DNA from: Candidatus Limnocylindria bacterium
Lineage (GTDB): Bacteria > Chloroflexota > Limnocylindria > P2-11E
Direction: 5' to 3'
Length of the DNA stretch: 64,000 nt
Assembly: GCA_036001645.1 (NCBI GenBank)
Contig: DASYUC010000003.1
Coordinates: 21,439 to 85,438 of the forward strand
The notes under the pieces were generated by a model, which worked only from the letters and a program-made list of their open reading frames with translations, searched no databases and was not told where the DNA came from. The first letter of the stretch is position 1, and every line of letters begins with the position of its first letter. Below are positions 29,839 to 38,601 of the stretch, in pieces. Made by a program: the position numbers and the translations under genes.

Positions 29839-30711
29839 TTGTGGCTCTTCGCCGACGAGCGTGGCTTCCACACCTTCTCGGTCTCCGATCACTTCCAGGA
29901 AACGCCGCATCAGGGCGGCGCTGGTGACTGCTTCGAATCCGTCGCGACCCTGACCGCCGCGGCGGCGGAGACGACACGCGTGCGTGTCGGATGCCTCGTC
30001 TTCAGCATCGCGTATCGGAATCCCGGTCTGCTCGCGAAGTCCGTGACGGCGATCGACCACATCTCGAAGGGCCGCGCCGAGTGCGGCATCGGCGCGGGCT
30101 GGAACGAACCGGAATATCGGGCGTTCGGTTACGAATTCCCGGACGTGAGGACGCGCGAGGACCAGCTCGAGGAGTACGCCGAGGCGCTGCGCCTCCTGTT
30201 CGATGAGCCGTTCGCCGACTTTGCCGGTACGCACTACATGCTCCGCCACGCTCCGAACAACCCGCGGCCGCTCCAGCGCCATCTTCCGCTGTGGATCGGC
30301 GGCGCCGGCGAGAAGCGCACGCTGCGGACGGCGGCGCGCTTCGCCGATGGCTGGAACGCGCCGTACCTCGCGCCCGCCGAATGGAAGCGGAAGAACGAGG
30401 TGCTCGATCGCTGGTGCGCCGAGCTTGGCCGCGACGGAAGCGGGATCGCGCGCACGGTCAACGTCGGCTTCTACATGGGCGCCGACGCGAAGGGCGCGGC
30501 CCGCGGCGAGGAGCGCTACGAGCGCGATTGGGGCGCCGACACCCGCGGCTTCACCGGTTTTCTGCGCGGGACGCCGTCGCAGGCCACGTCGCTCGCAAGC
30601 GAGTTCCGCGACGCGGGCGTCGAGCGGCTCAACATCGCCGTCCGGAGCGGCCCCTACGACTGGGACGCGCTCGCCGCGTTCGCCGAGCAGGTCATCCCCA
30701 CCCTTAGATGA
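29839..30711 (+). CDS. LLM-class (luciferase-like) F420/flavin-dependent oxidoreductase
   Basis: Conserved LLM N-terminal stretch (IDFGIHVGHLGGPL) actually begins at 29776, upstream of the listed TTG; no canonical in-frame start there. Confidence 0.75.
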   Translation: MWLFADERGFHTFSVSDHFQETPHQGGAGDCFESVATLTAAAAETTRVRVGCLVFSIAYRNPGLLAKSVTAIDHISKGRAECGIGAGWNEPEYRAFGYEFPDVRTREDQLEEYAEALRLLFDEPFADFAGTHYMLRHAPNNPRPLQRHLPLWIGGAGEKRTLRTAARFADGWNAPYLAPAEWKRKNEVLDRWCAELGRDGSGIARTVNVGFYMGADAKGAARGEERYERDWGADTRGFTGFLRGTPSQATSLASEFRDAGVERLNIAVRSGPYDWDALAAFAEQVIPTLR

Positions 30712-31253
30712 GCCTCGAGATCCTTCGCCTCGACGGACCGACGTTCGACGCGGCGATCCCCGACCTCGCCGTGATCCTCGCCGACGCGGTCGCGGGTGGT
30801 GCCTCGGTGGGCTTCACTCTGCCGTTCAGCCCAGAGGATGCCGCGACGTGGTGGCAGAGCATCGAACGCGACGTCGTGCGCGGAGACGTGCTCGTCATCG
30901 TCGCGCGCCTGGACCGTCGGGTCGTCGGCACGGCGCAGCTGCGACTCGCGCAGTGGCCGAACGCGCGGCATCGCGCCGAGGTCGCGAAGGTGCTGGTGCA
31001 CCGCTCGGCGCGGCGGCGTGGGATCGCGACCGCCCTCATGCACGAGATCGAACGCATCGCGTTCATGGAGGGGCGCACGCTGCTGGTGCTGGACACGATC
31101 GCCGGCAGCGAAGCGGTGGAGCTGTACACGAAGCTCGGATGGACGCGCGTGGCCGAGATCCCGCGGTACGCCGGGCTTCCCGACGGCGAGCTGCGTCCGA
31201 CGACGATCTTCTATCGCGACCTCGAGCCGAAAGGACCGCGGACCTCGCCGTGA
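30708..31253 (+). CDS. GNAT-family N-acetyltransferase
   Basis: Acetyl-CoA motif RRRGIATALMHEIE; ATGA overlap with LLM gene. Confidence 0.8.
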   Translation: MSLEILRLDGPTFDAAIPDLAVILADAVAGGASVGFTLPFSPEDAATWWQSIERDVVRGDVLVIVARLDRRVVGTAQLRLAQWPNARHRAEVAKVLVHRSARRRGIATALMHEIERIAFMEGRTLLVLDTIAGSEAVELYTKLGWTRVAEIPRYAGLPDGELRPTTIFYRDLEPKGPRTSP

Positions 31254-31639
31254 ACGCGCCGCGGCTCGGCATCGAGCCGCTCGGCGTCGCCAAGCCAGAC
31301 GGCGAGAGCTGGCGCACGACCTGGCGCGTCGCGAATCTGGATGTTGACCCCGTCCGTGTTCTTGGCGCGATCGCCCCGCATTCGCAGTTCCGTGGCGAGG
31401 CTTCGCTCGATCGCGAGATACGTGGCAAGAGCACCACGCAGATCTCCCTCGTCGTGCGGATCGACGCAGCCGCGCGCGCTGAGATCGAGAACGCGTTCGT
31501 CATCCTCCTGATCCAGCGCGGCGATGAGCGGTGGCGCCTGCTCGCGCGACTTCGCGTGCCGCTCGACGCAGAGATCCGGCCGCGGCCGCGGATCGAGGCG
31601 GTCACCGTGCAGCGCGTGGGCTTCTCCGGCGAGCTTTAG
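31250..31639 (+). CDS. hypothetical protein
   Basis: GTG overlapping the GNAT stop (GTGA); 129 aa with good composition; no family recognised. Confidence 0.4.
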   Translation: MNAPRLGIEPLGVAKPDGESWRTTWRVANLDVDPVRVLGAIAPHSQFRGEASLDREIRGKSTTQISLVVRIDAAARAEIENAFVILLIQRGDERWRLLARLRVPLDAEIRPRPRIEAVTVQRVGFSGEL

Positions 31640-31739
31640 AGTTCACGCAATGAAGATGACCCAGAAGGACCGCTACGTGATGCAGCGGATGAAGGGCTGA
31701 CGGGGCAACTGAAGCCTCGGCTTCGAGGAGACCACGGGT

Positions 31740-31871
31740 ATGGTCTCGAACGTGTTGGAAATGGACCAAGACGAGCTGGTAAAGCAGCTCAAGTCCTTCA
31801 AGACGAAGTACGCCGGCGATGCGGAATGGGACGAGATCCGCGCGGGCTTTCCCAAGTCGTGGCCGATCTAG
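31740..31871 (+). CDS. small protein (43 aa), unknown function
   Basis: GAGGAG SD 9 nt upstream; MVSNVLEMDQDELVKQLKSFKTKYAGDAEWDEIRAGFPKSWPI; stop 1 nt before the YjbR start; sits in a lower-GC insert. Confidence 0.35.
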   Translation: MVSNVLEMDQDELVKQLKSFKTKYAGDAEWDEIRAGFPKSWPI

Positions 31872-31872
31872 C

Positions 31873-32304
31873 GTGACGACGCTCAAGGCCGCGAAGGCGC
31901 GGCTCCTGAAATACGCGCTCGCGAAGCCGGACGCGACGCTCGAGCACCCGTGGGGCGAGAACGTCACGAAGGTGCGGGGCAAGGTCTTCGTGTTCTTCGG
32001 CATGGAGACGGGCGACTACGTCATGGGCGTCAAGCTCACGACGGCGCTGCTCTACGCGAAGAGCCTGCCCTACGTCGAGGCGATGGGCTACGGGCTCGGC
32101 AAGTCGGGTTGGGTCAGCATCAAGACCCCGAATGGTGCGCTACCGGTCGAGATGTTCGAGGAGTGGATCGACGAAAGCTATGTGAACGTCGCGCCGAAGC
32201 GGAAGACGGGAGTCAGCAGCGCGGCTCCGAGAGCCCGAGCGCGTCCCGCAGCGCGTCGCGGACGCGCACGTCCGTCGACATCACGAAGAACCGATCGCTC
32301 ATAG
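31873..32304 (+). CDS. MmcQ/YjbR-family protein
   Basis: HPWGENVTKVRGKVFVFFG...GYGLGKSGWVSI; GTG start directly after the small ORF. Confidence 0.65.
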   Translation: MTTLKAAKARLLKYALAKPDATLEHPWGENVTKVRGKVFVFFGMETGDYVMGVKLTTALLYAKSLPYVEAMGYGLGKSGWVSIKTPNGALPVEMFEEWIDESYVNVAPKRKTGVSSAAPRARARPAARRGRARPSTSRRTDRS

Positions 32305-32737
32305 CGAAGTAGAGACGGCCCATCGCAGTGCCCGTCACGGGAGATGCGCTGTGCATCCGACCCGCGACCCGCACCGTGAATTTCGTTTCGCCTGGTCCCT
32401 CTTCCGTGCAGACCGTCACGTCGGTGGCCGGGACATCGAGGAACAGCACGTCGGCTCGCACTTGGATGCCGTCGACCGTTCCCGTGAAGACGCCCGACCG
32501 GCGCGCGGCGTCGCCAAGGATCCAATCGAACTTGGATACGCCGACGAACGAAAGGCGGAGGCCTGCGTTGGCCAGCGGCGCGACGACGGCTTGTTCCTCC
32601 GCTGCGCGCGGCACGTTGGCGGAGCCAGAGGCTGACGCAGAGGGTCGCGGGCTGGGGGTGACAGTGGGGCCGCAGGCGCACAGCACCGCAGCCGTGAGCA
32701 ATGTCACATGGACCAGATCGCGCATCACCGAAAGCAC
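32213..32737 (-). CDS. hypothetical lipoprotein
   Basis: Signal peptide with lipobox LCACG; 92-nt convergent overlap with the YjbR-family tail. Confidence 0.45.
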   Translation of the reverse strand: MLSVMRDLVHVTLLTAAVLCACGPTVTPSPRPSASASGSANVPRAAEEQAVVAPLANAGLRLSFVGVSKFDWILGDAARRSGVFTGTVDGIQVRADVLFLDVPATDVTVCTEEGPGETKFTVRVAGRMHSASPVTGTAMGRLYFAMSDRFFVMSTDVRVRDALRDALGLSEPRC

Positions 32738-32779
32738 TACAACCGAACTGCGGCTTGGTTCCGTGCGCGCCGAGGCGCG

Positions 32780-34864
32780 CTACCGCGCGGTCGCCACAGG
32801 CGACGCGACGATCTCCGCGAGGCTCGCCTCGAGCAGCGGCGCGACCGCGCGCGCGTACGTCGCGGTCAGGTGATGGTCGTCGCGGTACACGATCGTCCAG
32901 TCGATGATCGCCGGACACCGCTCGCTTCCGCAGATCCACTCAGCCGGATCGATGAGCCATGCGCGGCTGAGCTCGGCGGCGATCTTGTCACGCGCGAGAT
33001 GCGAGGTCAGCGCGTACGAACGCGACGTCGAGCACCCATCGGGCGGACGCGTCGGCCGAGACAGGCACGCCGGCACGTCGTAAGCGCTGAGCGGGGTGTC
33101 GGCGATGACCGCGACCCGGCCCGGTAGTGCTGTCAGCAGTCGGGCCATCGCCGCTCCCTGACGCTTCAGATCGGCGTCCACCGGATCCACCGGATGCACC
33201 CAGCGGCTCGACGAGACCAGGACGAGGTCGGGCTTCTCGCGCGCGAGAGCCTTCACCACGGCCGTCCGCCAGAGCGCGCACTCCGTGTACTCGCGCTCCA
33301 GATGCAGCGACGTGATCCGCATGTCGAGGAAGATGCACGAGTCCTTCGTGAGCGGGAGCACGCGCCAGCCGCGCTCGCGCGCGATGACCTCGAGCGCAGG
33401 GAACCACTGCGAGGCGTGCGAGTCGCCGACGAGCGCGACCGTGTACTGCCCGTCTGGATCGCCGAGCCGGCAGAGCGGCGGCTGCGAGCCCGCGAGCGAG
33501 AGGCCGCAGCCGCGCTCGTTCAGGCCGTCGCCATCGTCGCGCGCGTCGCTGAGGCGTGGATGCAGCTCGGGCTTCGCCGCGATGGCAGGCGCGATCTCGA
33601 CGGCGCTCGACGTCGTGGGGAGCGGACCTGGATCGCTGTGGCTCGACACGACGCTGCTGGTGCCCGCGACGACCGCGCCGGGCGCAGCGATCGACGGGTC
33701 CACGACAGGTATGAGATCCGCGGCCAGCGACTCGCCGCGCCTCGTGACCGCGTCGGCCCCGCCCACGGCGACGAGCTGTGCGATGACGGCAACGGCGCAG
33801 ACAGCGGCCGCGGCGAATGCGAGTGGTCGGCGCGAGGAGCGAGCGACGGGGGGCGCACGGCGGAAGCGCTCTTCCACCAGCCACCAGCTGAGCGCGCTGA
33901 TCAGCACCGCCGCCGCGACCAGGAGCCAGCGGAGCTCTTCGGACAGCGGCCCCGCGGCGACCGCGGCGAGCGTGAGGACCGGCCAGTGGTACAGGTAGAG
34001 CGAGAAGCTGATGCGGCCAAGCGCTCTCAGTGGCGGGAAGGTGAGAAGGCGTCCCGGCGCCCAAGACCGTCCACCCGAAACGATCAACAGCGCGGCGCCG
34101 AACGTCGGCGCGAGCGACGCCACCCCGGGGTACGTCGTCATCGCGTCGAGCGCCACGGCCGAAGCCGCGACGAGGCCGAGCCCGATCCAACCGCTGATCA
34201 CGGCCGGCACGTCGCGCATCCCGGCGAAGCGGGCGGCGTGGATCGCGAGCAGCGCCCCGAGCGCGAGCTGCCACGCGCGCGTCGGCAGACCGTAGAAGGC
34301 GAACGCCGCGTCGGTCGGAGTGACCGCAAGTGACAGCGCGAGCGACGCGCAGAAGATCAGGAGCACGAACGCGCTGAGCCGGCGGAGACGCGCGGCGATC
34401 AGGAGCAGGATCGGCCAGACCAGGTAGAACTGCTCCTCGACGCCGAGGGACCAGTAATGGAGGAACGGCGACGGCGTGGTCGAGGCGAAGTAGTCGGTCG
34501 CGCGCGACGCGAACAGGAGGTTGCCCACGAAGAGCGCGGACGCGGTGCCGTCCAGCGCGACCGCCGGAAGGTCGAGCGGCGCGACGATGAAGGCCGCGGC
34601 CGCGAGGGTGACGACGATGGCGACGATGGCGGCGGGAAGGATCCGCCGCGCGCGTCGCACGTAGAAGGCTGCGAGATCGAGCGTTCCGCCCGTGACGAGC
34701 TCTCGGAGCAGCAGGCCGGTGATGAGGAACCCCGAGAGGACGTAGAACACGTCCACGCCGACGAAGCCACCGCTCAGCCCGAGCAGCCTCGCGTGGAACA
34801 GGACCACCAGCACGACGGCCAGACCGCGCAGCCCCTCGAGATCGCCGCGGAACGGCGCAGGCAT
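32780..34864 (-). CDS. acyltransferase-3 (OafA/YrhL-like) membrane acyltransferase with C-terminal SGNH-hydrolase domain
   Basis: N-terminal 10-TM acyltransferase_3 domain (GLRGLAVVLVVLFH...), C-terminal SGNH motifs (VALVGDSHASQW). Confidence 0.8.
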   Translation of the reverse strand: MPAPFRGDLEGLRGLAVVLVVLFHARLLGLSGGFVGVDVFYVLSGFLITGLLLRELVTGGTLDLAAFYVRRARRILPAAIVAIVVTLAAAAFIVAPLDLPAVALDGTASALFVGNLLFASRATDYFASTTPSPFLHYWSLGVEEQFYLVWPILLLIAARLRRLSAFVLLIFCASLALSLAVTPTDAAFAFYGLPTRAWQLALGALLAIHAARFAGMRDVPAVISGWIGLGLVAASAVALDAMTTYPGVASLAPTFGAALLIVSGGRSWAPGRLLTFPPLRALGRISFSLYLYHWPVLTLAAVAAGPLSEELRWLLVAAAVLISALSWWLVEERFRRAPPVARSSRRPLAFAAAAVCAVAVIAQLVAVGGADAVTRRGESLAADLIPVVDPSIAAPGAVVAGTSSVVSSHSDPGPLPTTSSAVEIAPAIAAKPELHPRLSDARDDGDGLNERGCGLSLAGSQPPLCRLGDPDGQYTVALVGDSHASQWFPALEVIARERGWRVLPLTKDSCIFLDMRITSLHLEREYTECALWRTAVVKALAREKPDLVLVSSSRWVHPVDPVDADLKRQGAAMARLLTALPGRVAVIADTPLSAYDVPACLSRPTRPPDGCSTSRSYALTSHLARDKIAAELSRAWLIDPAEWICGSERCPAIIDWTIVYRDDHHLTATYARAVAPLLEASLAEIVASPVATAR

Positions 34865-35019
34865 GTCGTCGCCGAGAGCAATCGGCGTGCCCTCGCCTGC
34901 CTGGTAGGCAAATGCGCCGTCGTTCCCACGTGCTACGGCCGTACTGGCGCCTGGTTGATTGCGAACCGCGACATGCTAGGCGCGCGTCGAAACAGGGACC
35001 GTATCGGTCACGACGCGGT

Positions 35020-35790
35020 TCAGTCGCGGGGTAGGCGTACTTCCGGATGCCGCAGCGCCAGCGGAGTCTCTCCCGACCAGTACACGTCGCGCTGGCCGGT
35101 CATCGCCTGAACGTGCCCGTCCCATTCGAAGTTGAAGGCCTCGCACCCGAGCCGGACGGCGCGACGGACCTTCTCCTGCGTGACCTCGTCGCGCGCGAGC
35201 TTGTGGATCATCGCGATCTGACGATCCCCGTGCCCGGTGTCCTGCTCCGCGTGCAGCTCATACGTCGCGGCCGCGCGCTTGCTGAATCCGTAGTGCCCGA
35301 CGAGCTCTTTGAAGACCCGCGCGGCGGCGCCGTCCGGGCCGCCGTGCATCGCCTCCACGTACGCGAGCAGTGCGACGCCTTCGAGCGCGCTGCGGTTCTG
35401 GCAGCCCGAGCGGATCATCTCGATCGCCGCGAGCGTGCCCGGCGCCACGTCGGCGCGATCGGCCTGCGCGCGCGTGATGCCGGCTTCCTCGAGGAACTGC
35501 AGCATGATGTCGACGTGCGTCCGCTCGCCGCCGAGCTCCTCCATGAAGTTCTCCATCACCACGTCCATGAGGTCGTAGTTCCGCTCGCTCGCGACGTTGG
35601 TGACGATGTAGCCGAAGAAGATCGGATTGGTGCGCACGCGCAGGTAGTGCTGGATCTCGCCGAGGACGATCTGCTCGCGCGTCCAGCGGTGCTCCACGAT
35701 GCCTTTGAACCAGGGGTGGTCGGGCATCCATAGCCCGCGCGCGACCTGCCAGAGCTCTTCGACGAAGGCGTCGGGCGGGGTCACAGCCAC
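35020..35790 (-). CDS. TenA/PqqC-like (heme-oxygenase-fold) protein
   Basis: Helical iron/thiamin-related family pattern; 256 aa. Confidence 0.6.
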   Translation of the reverse strand: MAVTPPDAFVEELWQVARGLWMPDHPWFKGIVEHRWTREQIVLGEIQHYLRVRTNPIFFGYIVTNVASERNYDLMDVVMENFMEELGGERTHVDIMLQFLEEAGITRAQADRADVAPGTLAAIEMIRSGCQNRSALEGVALLAYVEAMHGGPDGAAARVFKELVGHYGFSKRAAATYELHAEQDTGHGDRQIAMIHKLARDEVTQEKVRRAVRLGCEAFNFEWDGHVQAMTGQRDVYWSGETPLALRHPEVRLPRD

Positions 35791-35833
35791 GGCCTAACTG
35801 TAGGCCGCTCTTACTACCTCAGGCTTTACAGAA

Positions 35834-36124
35834 TCAGCCGCGTCGGGCGCGGACCAGTGCGAGAAGCGCGAGCGGGACGTACGCGAGGATGAAGAAGAAT
35901 GTCGCCCAGATGAGGCCACCGAGGCCGGCGACGTATACAGTCGCGCCCGTCGGCGCCGGGCCCGTCTCAGATGCCAGGTCGGACAGAGCGACGACGCCAA
36001 GCACGAGGCCGAAGACCACCACCGCGGTGAGCGCCGCCAGCTTCACGGGGCGCCGCAACGAGCGGAAGAACAACGCGGGCAGCGCCAGGAGGAACGCAGC
36101 GGCGATCTGTGCGCCGGCGTACAC
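35834..36124 (-). CDS. small membrane protein (3 TM)
   Basis: 96 aa hydrophobic. Confidence 0.4.
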   Translation of the reverse strand: MYAGAQIAAAFLLALPALFFRSLRRPVKLAALTAVVVFGLVLGVVALSDLASETGPAPTGATVYVAGLGGLIWATFFFILAYVPLALLALVRARRG

Positions 36125-36147
36125 GAACGGCGCGGCTTGATCGAGCG

Positions 36148-36273
36148 TCAGCGCTTGTCGGCGATGCGGCGTAGGTACCGAACGGCGAACACGCCGAGCA
36201 CGATGTAGACCACAGTAGCGGCGACACCGAGGAGCGCGGCCACGATCGCGATTCCCGAAACGTCCATGGCCAT
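36148..36273 (-). CDS. tiny membrane protein (41 aa)
   Basis: MAMDVSGIAIVAALLGVAATVVYIVLGVFAVRYLRRIADKR, single TM; unlisted because under 60 aa. Confidence 0.25.
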   Translation of the reverse strand: MAMDVSGIAIVAALLGVAATVVYIVLGVFAVRYLRRIADKR

Positions 36274-36339
36274 GAAGTCTAGGAGCGGGCGTGCGAGCAG
36301 ACGGCTCGCGTCGGGTGGCTTCAGAGGGCCGTGCTGATC

Positions 36340-36415
36340 GGCGGGCCGTGCGGGAATCGGACCCGCGACTTTTCGCTTAGAAGGCGAATGCTCTGATCCA
36401 CTGAGCTAACGGCCC
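36340..36415 (-). tRNA. tRNA-Arg (anticodon UCU)
   Basis: Manual fold: acceptor GGGCCGU/ACGGCCC, D-arm GCUC-AGUGGAUCA-GAGC, anticodon stem UUCGC/GCGAA with loop CUUCUAA, T-arm GCGGG-UCCGAUU-CCCGC, discriminator G, CC encoded. Confidence 0.8.
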
Positions 36416-36440
36416 GCGCTAATTATCGGGGACGCGCTCG

Positions 36441-37838
36441 CTACCGGGCCGTGTGGATGGGTCTGCCCCGCGCGACGAGCGCGGCCTCGCGGAACGTCTC
36501 CGCGAGCGTTGGATGCGCGTGGATCGTCGCGATCACGTCGTCGGTCGTCGCCTCGAGACGCATCGCGAGCGTCGCCTCGGCGATGAGCTCGCTGGCCTGC
36601 GGTCCGACGATGTGGACGCCGACGATGCGCTGGTCCTTCCCGGCGGCGACGATCTTCGTGACGCCGTCGCTCTCGCCGAGGGCGCGCGCGCGACCTGACG
36701 CCTTGAACGAGAAGCGCGCGACCTTCACGTCCCCGCCGTACTTCTCCTTCGCCTGCGCCTCCGTGAGACCGACCTGGGCGATCTCGGGGTGCGTGTAGAC
36801 GACGTTCGGTACGACGTCGTAGTCCATCGTCGCCTCTTCGCCGAGGATCGTGTCGACGGCGACCTCACCCTGCGTCGACGCGACGTGCGCGAGCTTTGGG
36901 GCACGCGGGTCACCGATGCAGTCGCCGATCGCCCACACGCCCTTCACGCTCGTGCGCATGCGCTCGTCGACCGTGATGCCCAGCCGGTTGGTCGCGAAGC
37001 CGGCCTGCTCGACGCCGGTGTAATTCGCCACACGCCCGGCGCCGAGGAGCACCTCGTCGCTGTCGAACGTCTTCTTCGCGCCGCCCACCTCCGCCGTCAC
37101 CTTCACCGTCCCGCCGGACCGCGAGACCTCGGTCACCTTCGCCTCGGTGACGACGGTGACGCCACGCGACTGCAGCGAACGAACTAGGAGGCGCACGAGC
37201 TCCGGATCGGCGTACGCGATCGGCTGAGGCAGCATCTCGAGCACGGTGACCTCGGTCCCGAGCTCGGCGTAGAACGTCCCGAGCTCGAGGCCGATCGCTC
37301 CGCCGCCGATCACGATGAGCCGCTTCGGTGGTGTCGTGAGCGACAGGGCGCCGACGTTGTCGAGCGGCTTGGATTCGGCGAGCCCTTTGATCGGCGGCAT
37401 GCCGACCTTGGAGCCGGTCGCGACGATGACGTTCTTCATGTCGATCGCCTGTTCCCCACTCGCGGTCCGGACCTTCAGCTGCGTCGGCGACACGAGCGTG
37501 CCCTCGCCCTTGATGAGGTCGACCTTGCGCGCTTTCAGGAGCTGCTCGACGCCCGCAACGTTCTGCGCGACGACCGCGTCCTTGCGCGCGACGGCCTTCG
37601 TCAGGTCGAAGCGCGCCCCTTGCACGATGATCCCGTGCTCCTCGCCGTGGGTCGTGACCCAGTACGCGTGACTCGAATCGAGAAGGGCCTTCGAGGGGAT
37701 GCAGCCCACCGTCACGCAGATGCCACCGACGCGGTCTCGCTCGATGAGGGCCACGCGCGCACCCTTGATACCTGCGTGGAGCGCCGCGACGTAGCCACCG
37801 GGGCCGCCGCCGAGGATGGCGATGTCGTACGGCGTCAC
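36441..37838 (-). CDS. lpd: dihydrolipoyl dehydrogenase
   Basis: FAD motif ILGGGPGGYVAA, redox disulfide GGICVTVGCIPSK, NAD motif, interface domain; start set to GTG 37838 (MTPYDIAIL). Confidence 0.9.
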   Translation of the reverse strand: MTPYDIAILGGGPGGYVAALHAGIKGARVALIERDRVGGICVTVGCIPSKALLDSSHAYWVTTHGEEHGIIVQGARFDLTKAVARKDAVVAQNVAGVEQLLKARKVDLIKGEGTLVSPTQLKVRTASGEQAIDMKNVIVATGSKVGMPPIKGLAESKPLDNVGALSLTTPPKRLIVIGGGAIGLELGTFYAELGTEVTVLEMLPQPIAYADPELVRLLVRSLQSRGVTVVTEAKVTEVSRSGGTVKVTAEVGGAKKTFDSDEVLLGAGRVANYTGVEQAGFATNRLGITVDERMRTSVKGVWAIGDCIGDPRAPKLAHVASTQGEVAVDTILGEEATMDYDVVPNVVYTHPEIAQVGLTEAQAKEKYGGDVKVARFSFKASGRARALGESDGVTKIVAAGKDQRIVGVHIVGPQASELIAEATLAMRLEATTDDVIATIHAHPTLAETFREAALVARGRPIHTAR

Positions 37839-37856
37839 GTGTAAGACACTAATGGC

Positions 37857-38339
37857 GTGCGTCGGGCGATGCTGTCGCCACTGGTCCTGATCACCATGAT
37901 CCTCGCAGCTCAGCCGGCCCTCGCGTCGTGCCCCCCACCCGAGACAGCCCAGGAGCTCGCGCGGCGCGAGGACGTCGCCGCGACCGGCGTGGTGAGCTCG
38001 TTCGTTCCCCTCGGCTTCATCTTCGCCGCCGACCGCGTGTACAAGGGCGATGTCCCAGCGCACGTTCTCGTTCTCGGCCAGTACCGTCCCCCGGATCCGC
38101 TCGGGACGCGTCTCTTCGTCGTCATGCGTTACCACCTACCGGGGGTGTACTCGATGGCCTCCTGCGACGGACGACCGATGCCCGACGCGTCCCTCGGCGC
38201 CCTCGGCGAGGGGCGAGCGCCGTCGTCCGACGTTCCCACGGTCGCCCTCGGCGCGATCGTCGCGCTCACGTCGCTCCTCGTGATCGCGCGACGCCCGAGG
38301 GGCAGACCCCCGACACCCGCGACCGCCTCCGCGTACTAG
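37857..38339 (+). CDS. hypothetical secreted/membrane-anchored protein
   Basis: Signal peptide (LVLITMILAAQPALA) and C-terminal TM anchor. Confidence 0.45.
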   Translation: MRRAMLSPLVLITMILAAQPALASCPPPETAQELARREDVAATGVVSSFVPLGFIFAADRVYKGDVPAHVLVLGQYRPPDPLGTRLFVVMRYHLPGVYSMASCDGRPMPDASLGALGEGRAPSSDVPTVALGAIVALTSLLVIARRPRGRPPTPATASAY

Positions 38340-38349
38340 CGGACCCGCG

Positions 38350-38601
38350 TCAGCGGAGCAGCGCCACCGTCCCCGCCGCGTCTCGCTCGAGCGGATGGGC
38401 CGCGTAGCCATGCTTCGCGTAGAGGCGCAGGTACAGCGGAAGGAACGCGAGGCCGAGGCGTCCGTACTGCTTCACGTGCCGCAGCTCGTGCCGCCACAGC
38501 GCATCCGTCGGCTCACGCGCGAACACGACGACGTGTCCGAAGGTGATCGCCGCATAGCCGCGGCGCGTGAGCACGAGGTGCGCGAGGCCGCGGTCGCTCA
38601 C
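38350..38601 (-). CDS. small DUF4157-like zincin-motif protein
   Basis: AAITFGHVVVFAREPTDALWRHELRHVKQ matches the DUF4157 core (..T.G..I.F......LLAHEL.HV.Q) with HExxH. Confidence 0.45.
   Translation of the reverse strand: MSDRGLAHLVLTRRGYAAITFGHVVVFAREPTDALWRHELRHVKQYGRLGLAFLPLYLRLYAKHGYAAHPLERDAAGTVALLR

Noticed and set aside
32988-34274. 428-aa minus-strand ORF inside the acyltransferase gene
   Set aside because: Alternate-frame shadow of the OafA-like gene; Arg-rich.
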